Assembly: GCA_009859145.1 (NCBI GenBank)
Contig: VRVR01000030.1
Span: forward strand, 255,069-305,231
From: Andalucia godoyi And28
Taxonomy: Eukaryota > Protista > Jakobida
Reading direction: 5' to 3'
Length of the DNA: 50,163 nt
The translations under genes were made by a program, and so were the position numbers. Below are positions 20,525 through 32,982 of the stretch, piece by piece (the first letter of the stretch is position 1; each line of letters starts with the position of its first letter). The notes under the pieces are model-generated. The model worked only from the letters and a program-made list of their open reading frames with translations, did no database searches and was not told the DNA's origin.

Positions 20525-23128
20525 CTATGTGGACGATGAAAGGACCTTCCGTAGCAACGGGCTGAATGACTTTTCAGCATCCAGCTTGACCGAGCTCTTG
20601 ACTTTGGCGGTTGCTGATCCTTCGGGATCCACGATCAACTCAACGAGGAATGTAGATGGGACAATCGCGGTATCTCTGGCGTAGAAGAAGGCCTTGACGA
20701 AGTCTCCCATGGCTCCCTTGGCCATACAGGTGATTCCATACTCTGCAAGATCTGCTTCCAACGTATCAATGTCTGTGGTCTGGAGATCCACTTGCAAAGG
20801 AGCGCACTGCTCGAACGTGCCCCAGTGTTTTTGGAACGTTGCCGGGTCCAGAGAAAAGTTTGGATCAAGTTGGAATGACCGGGGCTGTGGAGCGCTCGAA
20901 CCGGGAGCAGAAGATGACGGTGCCTTCTTGGGGCCGCTGTCAAACACAGGCAGTCCTGATGCAATTGGCGACCGGGTGTTCGACGGAGAGCTATTGCTGC
21001 CTCCAGAAGACGAAGGATCAACAAGGGATGAGAAATTGACGCCGTGCTTCTCAAACACAGAGACCGATTGCTGGGATCGCGCCTGTGAGGATGCTCCAGG
21101 AAAGACATTGCCAGTGCGAGGTCTGTCGTCGGCCTGCTCCTCTTCATCCTGTTCGTCCTGCTCGTCCTCTTCGCTTGCATTCCCGTCATCGACGTCTCCG
21201 TTTCCGCCGTCTGCACGAGGGGCCCCTTCCACCACGGTTTCTTCTTCTTCTTCGTCTTGCCGCAATGCACCGGCCAATCCAGTACCCGTAAACAAAAATC
21301 GCTCCGACGGAATATCAAAGACGACCGAGAGGGTGTTGAATTCTTCAAAGAAGAGGCGTTCACGAATTGCGGAACTTTCGTCTTCCGCAAAACGCTCCAC
21401 AACCTGCTTCTGCGGAACAACGACAGCCTGTGCGGCGGATATGTCTCGTTTCAACAACCGATAGTACAACAAGCCACGATCATGCACATCGGCATGCGAG
21501 AAGTCCTCGACAGCGATCTTGAGGACGCGGCCGAGTGTCGGTTGAACTTCGGGAGGTCTGACGAAAAACAGCTTCATACACGTCGACAAAAGCTCGAGCC
21601 GAACGGAAGACTCAAGATCAGAAAATCGAAGAGAAAAGGCTTCGCACACGTAGGGCGCGTCATCGAGGGCACGGCCAAACTCACCGAGCAGCCACAGAAG
21701 AGCGCATGTCGCTTCCGTAAAAATGGCCTTGGACGAATATGCATTTGCAGTATTGACAGAATTGTTCCCAACATCATTCACAAACTCTTCTCCGGAGCTC
21801 TCAATGCTGCTGAGAATGGAGGAGGAACCAAGGAAGAGCTTCGTAAGCTTTTCCAGGAGCGGGATGATGTCGGCTCGCGGCGGAAATCTCCTCAACAAAT
21901 CTCGCAACTGGCACAACGAAGCTGCGACAACGTGCGGAATGCGATAGTCCACAAAGGACTGCAAGGCCTTCAGGACAGTCTGCAGGGCGTCTGGAACGGA
22001 CAGGCAGATGGATCCCATGGTTTTCACAGCATGGTTCGAAAAGATGGTCTGTCGTTGCATGATAACGTACTGGGAAATTTCGTTGATGATTTCGTTGCAT
22101 GTATGTTCCGTTGCAATCTTGGCCAGAATGTCAAGCTTGACCAAGCGAACCTCGAGCGGATCTGCATACTGCACGAAAAACAGACGATAATCCGAGCTGA
22201 ACACAGACGGCGATCGAGCACAGAGCAGCTTGATATGCGTCAGCACGGAATACGAGAGTTCGGAAGAAGAGCAGATGGCAAACGTCAACAGTGGCTCCCG
22301 GATGCGTCCCATGACCTTTTTCTGTACCTTGGACGACATGTCCGCCGTCAGCACAATGAGCGCTCGTGTAGCGCCAAGCACAACAGCAGAATTTGAAGAC
22401 ATGAACAGGTCATCCACGAGATCCATGATGTCCAGGGCCTCTTCTGCAGATTCCGGCATGTACGACGCCAACAGATCGAGTATTCGGCACTGATGCCACT
22501 CTGAAAAGTTCTGAAGATCATTGAGCAAGGCATGCATGGCGGCCCGGTCCAGAGTTTCTCCGAGCTCAACCAATACCGCCACCGCATTGGCGACAACCAG
22601 CTTGTCTCTGTCTCCAAGGCACGTTCTGAGTTTCGATCTCAGATCGCCACCGACCTCCACAAGCGATGGTGCGGTGTTGAACAGCTTGAGGCATGCCATC
22701 ACTGCGGCAGCACGAACATACGCAGACGAGTCCAGGAGCGCAGACATGATCATTGGCTTCAAATACTCCACAGTGGACTTGATACGCAACGACGAGAACG
22801 TACGCAGAGCAAGCCCTCGAACAACTGGAGAATAGTCCTTGAAGTCCCGCTGCAGTGCGGAAACCGTCAGCAGCGCGATGTCCTGGTTTGAATGAGCATA
22901 CTGCGTCATATACAAGTACACCATTTTCTTCTGAACCATGTCCTGCGTGGAACACAACATTATCATTTCCGAAAACAGCGAAGACACATCAACACCCATC
23001 GTCATCAACGCGACAACCTTCTTGACAACGTCGCGGCGCCGAAAATGATCCTTTTCTGAATGAGCGTTTCGCAGAGACTGCTTCAGCTCATAGATCTCAC
23101 CTTTCTTCTGGTCGGAAAAGTACGACAT
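20525..23128 (-). CDS. AP4B1: AP-4 adaptor complex beta subunit; start placed at MSYFSDQKKGE
   Basis: KKGEIYELK, MTMGVDVSSLFSEM, VQKKMVYLY, RGLALRT, DVHDRGLLYYRLL; appendage LDPATFQKHW. Confidence 0.88.
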   Translation of the reverse strand: MSYFSDQKKGEIYELKQSLRNAHSEKDHFRRRDVVKKVVALMTMGVDVSSLFSEMIMLCSTQDMVQKKMVYLYMTQYAHSNQDIALLTVSALQRDFKDYSPVVRGLALRTFSSLRIKSTVEYLKPMIMSALLDSSAYVRAAAVMACLKLFNTAPSLVEVGGDLRSKLRTCLGDRDKLVVANAVAVLVELGETLDRAAMHALLNDLQNFSEWHQCRILDLLASYMPESAEEALDIMDLVDDLFMSSNSAVVLGATRALIVLTADMSSKVQKKVMGRIREPLLTFAICSSSELSYSVLTHIKLLCARSPSVFSSDYRLFFVQYADPLEVRLVKLDILAKIATEHTCNEIINEISQYVIMQRQTIFSNHAVKTMGSICLSVPDALQTVLKALQSFVDYRIPHVVAASLCQLRDLLRRFPPRADIIPLLEKLTKLFLGSSSILSSIESSGEEFVNDVGNNSVNTANAYSSKAIFTEATCALLWLLGEFGRALDDAPYVCEAFSLRFSDLESSVRLELLSTCMKLFFVRPPEVQPTLGRVLKIAVEDFSHADVHDRGLLYYRLLKRDISAAQAVVVPQKQVVERFAEDESSAIRERLFFEEFNTLSVVFDIPSERFLFTGTGLAGALRQDEEEEETVVEGAPRADGGNGDVDDGNASEEDEQDEQDEEEQADDRPRTGNVFPGASSQARSQQSVSVFEKHGVNFSSLVDPSSSGGSNSSPSNTRSPIASGLPVFDSGPKKAPSSSAPGSSAPQPRSFQLDPNFSLDPATFQKHWGTFEQCAPLQVDLQTTDIDTLEADLAEYGITCMAKGAMGDFVKAFFYARDTAIVPSTFLVELIVDPEGSATAKVKSSVKLDAEKSFSPLLRKVLSSST

Positions 23129-23590
23129 TCTTTTCTTTTCTTTTCTAACGTGAGCCACAACCAGCAATGACAAGAAAATCGAAAATATGAATCAGCATAA
23201 TCAGTAAATGAAAGAAGAAAAAGAACGAAAATATAATAACAACAAAAGAAGAAAAGGCGGGACGTGTTAAAAGGAAAACGGGACTTATTCGATCAGAGAA
23301 AGGCACGCAAAGCCCATTCGGAGCAATTACTTTTTCCCCTTCTCTCTGTTCTCTTCTTTGCAGGATTCAAGCATCAAGGAATCAAGCAAAGAAGGAAACC
23401 CCGGCATTGTTTGGCGCCAGGCGGGTCTGTGCAAGTTTATTTTCTTAGATTTTAAATTTTTCTTGATGTAGTTTTTGTTTTGTTATTTGTTGTGCACAAA
23501 AAAAACCAAAAAAACCAAAAAAAAACACTCTAAAACTAAAACTAAAACTGTCGCCACTTTTCTGTTTCTTTTTCTTTGTGCGCTTGTCAA

Positions 23591-26500
23591 ATGTCACATG
23601 CTGATGTGGACAGGCAGGTTACAGTGCTGAAGAAACAATTGGCTGAGCTGGTGGATGAAATATTGTACAATGAGCAACAGATTGCCACGTACGAATCAGA
23701 AGTGGAGCGGCTGAAGGCTGTTGTCGCATCCTATGAATCCGAGCATCGGTCTCAGCACACTCTGGAATCCTTTATTGAGGAAAACCAAAAGTTGAAACGA
23801 GAGGTTTCTGAATTGCTGAGGAACCAGCAGCAAGCTCAAGACGAGTTGACGAGTGTCATACTGGACCAGAGCGCAAAGTTGTCGCACGTCGATCTTCATC
23901 CTGTGACTGTCACGGATCGTGATGCACAGACATCTCCGTTCGAGAGGGAGTCCAGAGCCGTGGAATTGGTTCGCGACTCCAACGAGACTTTTGACTTGGT
24001 CTGCAAAATCGCTGCCAACTTTGGAATCCACGTTGAGCGGTCTACGTGGAGTGCGGGCACTGCTTCGCAGATTCTCAGTGCAGTGGACCAGTCCAATGCC
24101 AAAGTCTCTGCGTTCGCCGCCGAAAACGATGCGTTGCGAGAAGAGGCTCGCAGATGGAGGGCCTCTATTTCGGAGATGCAGGAAGAAATGAAGGGTTTCA
24201 AGCGAGAAGTTGAGGCAGCTGCAGCCGCTCAGCGTGATGACCTTTCTTTCCAGGTCAAGGATCTGGAAATGCAGCTGGCCCTCGAAAGAAAGCGTATGTC
24301 TTTTTCATCTTTTGTTCTTGCTTTCCCTCCCCCACTTCTCTCTTCGCATGGGTTTGCTCGCTTTTTCTTCTTCCGTCTCGGCGTTTCTTATTCTCTAAGC
24401 CCCATTACATTCTTGATTTCTGTTTTTTAGAGAGGGAGCAAACACAAAGGATGCTTTCTGCCGAGCAATCCGCTAGATTGCAGTTGGATGCAGTTATGAA
24501 CGCAAGTCTGCAGACAGAGAGCACCATCAAGATTCGAGAGCTGTCTTCGAAGATTCTTGAGCTTGAATCGTCTCTGTCGGATGCGTCGATGAGGAGAGAA
24601 CAGGAACTTAGCCGAAAGGAAGCGCAGGCTGCTGCGACAGAATCTGAGCTCCAAACAAGAATACAGCATCTCGAAAATCGGTTAGAGGCCGATCGAAGTT
24701 CTGCAGAGATGGAGCGGAGCACACTGCATCAGAAGCTCCGGGATGCCATGGCGAATGCGTCAAAGATAGAGACGGTTCTCCAAGAAAAGATTTCTGAGCT
24801 GCGGGTTGACAGTGTGAAGAGTTTGGACACTGAGACCGCGAAGAGACTGGCGCAGCATGCGGTTGTGGAGTCGGAATTGAAAGAACGGATTCGCCTGCTG
24901 GAAGCCAGAATGCTTTCAGAGAAGGAGGAGTTTGACTCGGAGCGGTCCAGTTTACAAGCAAGATTGCAGGAGAGTCTAAAAATGGAAACGATTCTTCGGG
25001 AGAAGATCAGCGAAGTGAAGCTGGACTTTGAGCAGCTGCAGCCAAGACGAGCGCAAGAATCGTCTGAAGCTGATCTGAATGAAAAGATTCGCCATGTGGA
25101 GGCTCGTCTGGCACTGGAGAGGGACGCATTCGAGTCTGAAAAGGCGATGTTGAGGAATCGCTTGCAAGTCATGGAAACCGAATCCAGCAAAGTAGAGACT
25201 GGACTGAGAGAGAAGATCAGTCAACTGGTCCTTGACGGTACTCGGAACTCCGAAGAAGCGTTGGCAGCCAAGGCTCGCGAATTTCAGACGTTGGAAGCAG
25301 GCCTACGGGACACCATTGGCCGTCTGGAGGCGGAGCTTCGACTGCAAACAGAGGACGCCGAAGCCACTCGTTCTGCCTTGGAGCATCACGTGTCTTCTCT
25401 GCAAGAAGAAGTGACGCAAATGAATGCCAGCATATGCGAAAAGTCGATGTTGATCGAATCCATGGAAAAGTCAACAGTGTCTCACCAGGATGTTGAGTGC
25501 AGTCTGTCAGACAAGATTGAGCACTTGGAACGGCAGCTCGCTGAGCGAGACCAGACGTTTCTTGATCTGGACAATCAGTATCGCGTGGCCATGGACCAGG
25601 CGTCAGAGCGCGAGTTTGCTCTCCAGGAAAACATCAGCCAGTTGCAGGCAGAAATCGACCAGAACGTGCAGCTTTTCCGTGACCTTGAGCAGCAACTTGC
25701 GCATGAATCCACGGTCGAAACCGAACTTCGCATGAGAATTCAGGATTTGGAACGAAAACTCGCGGGCGCAGAGTCGCGGACGCAAAGTCAAAATTCAAGT
25801 GAGGTTACGGGACTGCAGTTGAGAATTGCGGATCTAGAGAGCACCTTACTGTCGGAGCGCCGCAAGCACGAGTACGAGACCGAAACTTGGAAGAACAAGG
25901 TTAAAATTGCGCATAATGAGAAGTCGGATCGTGTCAGTGTGCGAGAGCGCGCGCTTGAAGAAAAGGAGCTGTCGTTAATCAACCAGGAGCGTCACATAAC
26001 GAATTTGTGGAATCAGACGGAATCTGAGTTGGTGCATGTCCATGATGAGCTTCGTTTACAGGAGAAGCGTGTAGCCGGGATGGAAGTAGCGGCTGAAGAT
26101 TTTCTTCGAGATATGACGGCGCTGCGGCAGTCTGTCGAAGACGCCACCGCGTGTGTCCGTCAGTTTGCGCAGGCGCCGGCGTCGTTCTTCCAGAATCCGT
26201 CGAACATGGAGTCGCTTCAGCGTTTCGTCACGCTTCTGATCCAAGCCGCCGAGCAGTCTGATGTGCGCGGGCAGGTCATGGATGCACGCCTTCAGGTTCG
26301 ACTCCTGCGTGATGCGAACGCCCAACTCGAGCAGCAGCGAGTCTACCTTGACCGGCAGTTGCATGGTGTTCACAGCAAGCTGGCCTCTTTGGAACGCGAT
26401 CTTCGTAAATCGGAAGATGTTTTGCGAGCCACGATTCGAGAGCGGAACCGAGCGGAACTTCAGGTCACGAAACTGGAAGAGGAGATCGTCCTTTTGCACA

Positions 26501-26613
26501 ACCAGTCCCACAACCAAACGCTGAACCTGTCAGCGAGCTCCATCGGCTCGAATCCTAGCCCGCAGCGCTCATTGATTCTGGAACGCAGTCGCCTGTCATT
26601 GTCATCGTCATAA
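23591..26613 (+). CDS. Long coiled-coil protein (about 961 aa), two exons 23591-24293 and 24431-26613
   Basis: Splicing GTATGT..TTTAG joins the two ORFs in frame (ERK-Q-REQTQRM); heptad-rich with internal repeats. Confidence 0.85.
24294..24430 (+). other. Spliceosomal intron (137 nt)
   Basis: GTATGT donor, T-rich body, AG acceptor; restores frame. Confidence 0.9.
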
Positions 26614-27120
26614 GCCCGCTCTGCGGCATCCTCTCCTTTCCTGCTTTTCCTCTCCTTCTCCCTGCACGCGTACACGCAGATGCGCACGAATGTACATATG
26701 CGCCTGTGAGAGTATTAGCGGATGCGGCTCACCCATCGCCTTCCGCGAATTGAGAGCCGATCGTCATTCGAGTAAAAAGCACTTCTCTTTTGCAGCACCG
26801 ACAAGTCCGATCGTACGATTGTCCGATACTTGCAAATGGCAATCTCCAAAAACAGTCCGCTGTACGTGCACGCTTGCACGGATGACGGATTCTACACCTG
26901 TCGCGTGCAGAATCGTCGTCTTCTTCTGGACTTTCCTTTTCTTCTTCTTTTCCTCCAGCAGATATCACACAATACATAATATACCGTATCCACTGCTTCC
27001 GCGGTTCCTGCTGTTCCTGCTGTGTGCTGCTGCTTGATTAGTGTTGCTTCTTCCCCCCATTCCTTTGCTGTTACTCAGTGCCGGTGTAGTAGCAGTAGTA
27101 CACGTATCTTGATAGCAAGG

Positions 27121-28848
27121 ATGGCTGCAGCTGTTGTTCCTCCTCAGAGCTCGCTGTCCACTCCAGTAGAGCTGTTTGTAGAGTGTCGCAATCTGGTGAA
27201 TCTAGACGTGAGCTCCAAAAGTGATCCGATCTGCCAAGTTCGGCTGTGGGATCCAGCCCGACAGGCGTGGTTTGAGGTTGGCCGCACGGAAGCCATCGCA
27301 GACAATCTGAATCCAAAGTTCCTGACTTCGATCAAAATGAACTACCAGTTTGAACGAGTGCAGAAGATCCAGTTCTGCTTGTGGGACATGGACTCTTCGA
27401 TTGCCAATGGCGCTGCTGCGGTCCTTATTCCAGAGAACCTGCACAAGTCGCGGCCCCACGACTTCATCGGCATTTTCGAAACGCAGTTGGCAAATGTGCT
27501 ATGCGCACGTAACCAGTCGCTTTCCGGAGAGTTGCGAAAACCTGCATCGACAGAGATTCGAGGGCTGATCACGATCCGAGGCGAGGAGGTGTCGACGGGA
27601 GGCATTATGGGCACTGCAACATACAACATGGCCGGACAGGGGCTCGACAACAAGGACGGGATGTTTGGCAAGTCGGACCCGTTTCTCGTTTTCAACCGAA
27701 TCCGGGAGGACGGTGCAACCGTGCCTGTCTTCAAGACGGAGGTTGTGAAGAACACCTTGAATCCTGCATGGAAGCCGATCTCCGTGACGTCGCAAGCGTT
27801 GTGCAACGGAGATCTCGATCGGCCCATTCTTGTGGAATGCTTTGATTGGGACAAGAAAGAGCAGTTTGAACTCATTGGCTCCTTCCGCGCTTCTATGCGC
27901 TCGTTCGTCCCGGGCGCCCGATTCGTACTTTGGAACGAAGAAAAGAATGCAAAACAGCAGAAAAAGGGGAAAAAGTACGAAGGATCTGGATCGATCGTCA
28001 TTCAGAATGTCCAGTTCTGCCGCGAGTATTCTCTTGTCGATTTCCTCAGAGCCGGATATGAAATTTCTGCAGTTGTTGGCATCGATTTTACGGGATCCAA
28101 TCTTGCGCCTACGTCGTCGCAGTCCTTGCATTACATCCCCCCCGGGACGCCGCTCATCGTCGATCCTGCGTCGTTCAATTCGGAGAATCAGCCGTCCCCG
28201 GTCAATGATTATGAGAGTGCCATCTTGTCCGTTGGCTCTGTTCTTGCGCCCTACGACAAGGACGGCATCATTCCCACGTATGGGTTCGGAGCAAAGATTC
28301 CGCCCAACTGGAACGTCAGCCATTGCTTCCCGGTGAATTGCCAGGCGGTCGGAATCCCTGGAGTGTTTTCGTCGTACCGTGGAGTGGTGACGCAAGTGGC
28401 GTTCCACGGTCCGACGTTGTTTGCTCCGCTGATTCGATCCGCCTGCCAGCTTGCTGTTGCTGAACCCTCAAAGTACTTTGTGCTGCTCATCTTGACCGAC
28501 GGTGAGATTCAAGACATGCCCGACACAATCGATGCCATCATCGATGCTTCTGCTCTGCCACTTTCCATTATTATTGTTGGAATCGGAAAGGAAGGATTTG
28601 AAAACATGCGTGTGTTGGATGCGGACGATGTACCTCTGCAGCGAAATGGGCGCCGAGTGGACAGGGACTGCGTGCAGTTCGTACCATTCCGTGATTTTGT
28701 TGGAAAACCTGTTTACTTGCTGGCGGAAGCGGTGTGTGCAGAACTTCCACGGCAGTTCCTGCAATACTGCGCGCGCAAGAACATCACTCCCGACGCCGTT
28801 GCAGCCTTCCGTGCGCAGCGTTGTCTGGCAACTGCACCGCCGCCATAG
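27121..28848 (+). CDS. Copine (C2-C2-vWA); start placed at MAAAVVPP
   Basis: SKSDP and GKSDPFLV C2 motifs; GIDFTGSN, SLHYI, GPTLFAPLI, LILTDGEI, PLSIIIVGIG, RDCVQFVPFR. Confidence 0.96.
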   Translation: MAAAVVPPQSSLSTPVELFVECRNLVNLDVSSKSDPICQVRLWDPARQAWFEVGRTEAIADNLNPKFLTSIKMNYQFERVQKIQFCLWDMDSSIANGAAAVLIPENLHKSRPHDFIGIFETQLANVLCARNQSLSGELRKPASTEIRGLITIRGEEVSTGGIMGTATYNMAGQGLDNKDGMFGKSDPFLVFNRIREDGATVPVFKTEVVKNTLNPAWKPISVTSQALCNGDLDRPILVECFDWDKKEQFELIGSFRASMRSFVPGARFVLWNEEKNAKQQKKGKKYEGSGSIVIQNVQFCREYSLVDFLRAGYEISAVVGIDFTGSNLAPTSSQSLHYIPPGTPLIVDPASFNSENQPSPVNDYESAILSVGSVLAPYDKDGIIPTYGFGAKIPPNWNVSHCFPVNCQAVGIPGVFSSYRGVVTQVAFHGPTLFAPLIRSACQLAVAEPSKYFVLLILTDGEIQDMPDTIDAIIDASALPLSIIIVGIGKEGFENMRVLDADDVPLQRNGRRVDRDCVQFVPFRDFVGKPVYLLAEAVCAELPRQFLQYCARKNITPDAVAAFRAQRCLATAPPP

Positions 28849-28978
28849 CTCGTTGCATCCGCAGTATGAAAAATTAAGAAACATTTGTGTTTTTTTAATT
28901 ATTAAAATTAAAAATTGAATTGGTCTTCCTGCTAATGGAACATCCGCTTTTTACGATTACCTTGGTGACTGCGAAAGA

Positions 28979-29257
28979 TCAAAATTGCTGGATGGTTGGT
29001 GTCGGCTTCTGTGTGCGACTGGACGGTTCTGTCAAATGCTGGTCAAGGGCTTCCTGATTCGCGGGCCTTGCATGATCTTGCGGCAGACCTGCTCCAGTCG
29101 AAGTGCTGAATCTGACGTTCGCTGCTTCCTTTCTTCGGGTTGGCGCTGCAAGAAGGACTCTACGAAGCGCAGCGCACAGTTGATTTGCAGACGTTCCGAG
29201 AAGCGCACTGGCACCTGTGAAAGCCTTGCTGATCGTTGCGAGCGGCATACGATTCAT
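28979..29257 (-). CDS. Possible small orphan ORF (92 aa) with a basic, Ser/Ala-rich N-terminus
   Basis: ATG-initiated ORF in a non-homopolymeric stretch; no recognisable motif. Confidence 0.25.
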   Translation of the reverse strand: MNRMPLATISKAFTGASALLGTSANQLCAALRRVLLAAPTRRKEAANVRFSTSTGAGLPQDHARPANQEALDQHLTEPSSRTQKPTPTIQQF

Positions 29258-29715
29258 CTGACTTGTATAGTTCTGTCAACGTGCTGATTTTCAAATAGAA
29301 AGAACAAACGATGGAAGCTCGTCATTCCGTTTTATTCCTCTTCCTTTCTTTCTTATATAAAAAGTTTTAATGTTTTGTTTTTTGCTTTCTTGGTTGGAAC
29401 TTCGCGTTCAGTCGAGGTGAACGCTCTTTCCTGCCCATTCCTCGGGCGTATCTTGTGTTCTTTGGGTCACGGACCGCCACTTCTATCTGCACGGCAACTG
29501 CACAAGAAGACATCGTCAAGTTTCGGAAAGCAGGAAGGTGTTTGAAAATGCCGCCGCAAACGACACCTTGTAAAAAAATGAAAGCCCCTGGTGCATTCGA
29601 ACATAAAAGCAGTCTTTTAATCAAGGCAATCTCAAGTGGGCGAAGAAGAACACATGCATAAAGCAAAGCAAAACAAAAGAAAACAAAACAATAAAGCAAA
29701 GAATTCGAAACAGAC

Positions 29716-30991
29716 TTAGAGCTCCTCTGGGACCTCGACTTGGAACCCAAACTGAGCACAGAGCTCAGCGGCGCGCTTCTCCTTGTTGAGCTTGTTACGG
29801 TTCCTCTCTTCAAAGCGGGAGTAGTTGTCGAGGATGCGGCGGATCAGCGTAGTCGTCGTGAGTTCTGGGAAATCTGCATCCACGGTGACGAGAATACCCT
29901 TCTGCTCTGCAGCATGATACTTTTTCGATCTTGACTCTGCATTTCCACGATCCGACACAACGCCTCGAACGACGACATCTGCCTTGATCGACTCCAAGAA
30001 CGCACTGTCGATCACCGTCGGCACGTCAAATACGATATCGTCAACGTGTCGGTTGGACAAGATGGAGAGCACTCTTTCGTGCCATCCAAGAACTGGGAAT
30101 GCCTTGCTTCCCTTTTGTTCGCCCACCTGCTTGTCTGAAACAAGTCCGACAATGAGGTAGTCGCCCAAGGCGCGAGCCCGTTTGAGGAAGTCGCAATGTC
30201 CCGCATGATACAGATCAAACGCGCCCTGCACATACACAATTCTGTCCCCTTTCTTCGCCGATCTGCGTTCGCCGCTAAACTGTGCAATCTTGCGCACCGT
30301 TGCGTTGAGCCGCGAGTTGTTTTCCGTCTCGTGGGCCCGGTTCTCAGAAAGGCGCAACATGCGGTTAATCAGATCCGTTGTGCTGATTCCTTCGGTTCGC
30401 TTAATAAGCTTGAACTTGCCAGCATCTCGAATGCGCTTGTACGAGTCCTCTCCATGCTCGTTCACTGCAAGGTCTTCGCCATGCGCAACCCAGTCAATGT
30501 TGAAGCGCTCCACGACTTCAAAGGTAACTGTGTACGGAACAGCCCACGCAATCTCATCGCACCATCGAACACTCTTCACCATCTCCAAGCGCTCGCGATC
30601 CGTGTTCACCGGCTCTCCCTTTACTGGGGTAATCGCTGCGTTCGTATGAATCCCACACACCAGCACATCACCATGCTTTTTCGCTTGTCGAACTAGCGCA
30701 CACACAGACACACAGAAAGAAAGAAAGAAAGCGAGTAAGAGAATGCAAAATTAAAAAACAACAAAACACAGACATAAGTATCATCCAGAAGAACGAACGA
30801 ACTGATGAACGAATGAATGAAGAAGGGAAAAACAAACAAACAAACGTGATTTAGGTTTCCCACATACTGGCATTGAAGTGGCCAACGTGCATAACATCGT
30901 AGCAGCCATCAAGGTATATACGCGATGGTTTCTTGGTGCCCGGATCCGACTCGCGGTCGACAATCACAATATGCTCCATTTGTTCAGTCAT
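29716..30991 (-). CDS. PCYT2: Ethanolamine-phosphate cytidylyltransferase, two exons 30991-30868 and 30692-29716
   Basis: Two CTase domains (DGCYDVMHVGH and QGAFDLYHAGH), KRTEGISTTDLI; splice gives GHFNA-I-RQAK. Confidence 0.95.
30693..30867 (-). other. Spliceosomal intron (175 nt)
   Basis: GTATGT donor and CTAG acceptor on the minus strand; restores the conserved HFNAIRQA. Confidence 0.92.
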
Positions 30992-31728
30992 AGGGATGGT
31001 GATAATCGACAGCGAACAAGAACTCTGGAATGCGCAGGCAAAAAACAACAATAGCAGCGGCAGCGGCAGCTCAACAGAAGCAAACTATCCTCTCCAAAAT
31101 AAAACAGCAAAAGACAGTTCGGATTAGCCTTTGGGGCTTTTGGAATGCGTGAAAACAGGAAAACAGGAAAATGACCGAGGGAGCAACTACGGCTGACAGC
31201 TTTTTTGCGTCAACGCTGAACATCTGTTTTTGCTTGTCTTTTATAACCGAACCCACAAGCAGCACTTTTCATCAGAGACAAAGACAAAAACATATCATGG
31301 CTCCAAAGAGGGGCCTTCCCAACAAACTCACACCGGCCATGCTCGACCCTCTCGTCGGAGACAGAGAGCAGAAAGATGAAGCGACGACCCTTTTTTGATG
31401 TAAAGCAATCTGCATTGAAGAGTTGGTGCTCGCCCCCAAATACAAGCAAAACAAAAAAAAAACTTGTGGCTTGGATCTGTCTTCGGTGACAGCGTAGCCG
31501 ATGATCAATAAACGGTTGGTTCATGTTTTGGCGAGCGGGTCTCCAAAGACGGCATTACGACTCTTTTTTCTTTTTTGAAGTTGGGTCTGTTTACCACAGT
31601 CAGATTGATATGCAGGCACATTGGTATATTTGCGGCATGGTCGGATATTGGAGATGAGTGATTCAAATAAATACAGCGCGGGGGAAGGGGAGGGGGAGAG
31701 AGAAGACTCTAAATGCAGCATGCACGCT

Positions 31729-32272
31729 TCAACCCTTTGGATCTCCAAAGATTTGATGGACGTACTTCAGAGCAGCAAGACTCGCATCGTGTTGCATGTC
31801 CCGTAATTTTGCGTGCCTCCTTGCACTTGAAAACTCGCGGACGGAAAAGGCGGCATCTTCAGGGAGCTGAACGACGGCCTTTCGACGGCCTGCATCTTGG
31901 TACGTTGACTGTCCCTTGTTGAGGGCCAGTAGATAGTCATGCAGTAAAGACTTGGGCAACCGCTTTTCCGACCACGTTTTCTCGTCAAATGTTCTTGGTA
32001 GTCCTTCGACAATACGGTCCAGCTTCTCCTTTGCACTCAGATTCCATCCCTGCTCACTGAACGCAGATCGTCGTTTCTTCTTCTTGTTGTTCTCTTTCGG
32101 CGGCTCAGCCCGCGCATCTGCATCCATCTCGTCCGTTATCCCAGTCTCATTCAAATGACTCGCTTTGAATCGCTTGGAGTCTCGATCCTTGCTGTCTCCT
32201 GTTCGTTTTGATCGTTTCCCGGATGTGCTGTCTTTGGAGACTTTCTGCTCATGCTTATGATGACGTGTTTGA

Positions 32273-32305
<33 letters not shown>

Positions 32306-32982
32306 GCAGAATCAGTAGCGAACGCATCTTCCTTCACCCTCTGCCTCTTTCGGCTTGACGATTCCAGACCATGTTCACCATCCCAACGATCCTTTCGATT
32401 AAAATTGTTGCTACCGTTGCCATTAGAACGACTGCTGTTGCTAATGTCGTTATTGCTGTTATTGATGTGATGGTTTCTACGAGAAGAACGATCTGCAAAC
32501 GACTCGTTTGCTTCCGCACGGGAAATCATTCTGCAAGTCCACCCAAGATGGCCTCGTCCGCCGCACAGGAAGCAATACTTTGTTTCCTTTGCTTCAAACA
32601 GCCTGGAGTTCGCGCACGAGAAGTGCCCGCTTACACCGCAGTTCATGCATACCGCATGCGAAGCAGGATCGCAGTCCATCAGTCCGGACATGAATGTGCG
32701 CTGTGGACAATCCCGGATGACATGACCCGTGAGATAGCACGCATGGCACTGCACATGCCGTGATCGTCCAAGCATCGATTCGGGGCAGTCCTGGGACTTG
32801 TGCCCCGGTTCCCCACAGCGATAGCAGAACCCGTGGCGGCACGAGTTCTGCTTGTGCTGCATCGACCCGCACAACAGACACACATCTCCTGAAGGAGGCT
32901 CTTCAAACCCCAGAGCCCGAAGCACCGGGTCTGAATGAGGAACAATCAGATCCGCTGCGCTCAATCCATAATATCGATTCAT
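31729..32982 (-). CDS. AIR1/2 (ZCCHC7)-like multi zinc-knuckle protein with an extra C-terminal dsRBD-like domain
   Basis: NRYYG motif (cf. GRYF); five CCHC knuckles (e.g. CYRCGEPGHKSQDC, YCFLCGGRGHLGWTC); C-terminal LPKSLLHDYL..HDASLAAL. Confidence 0.8.
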
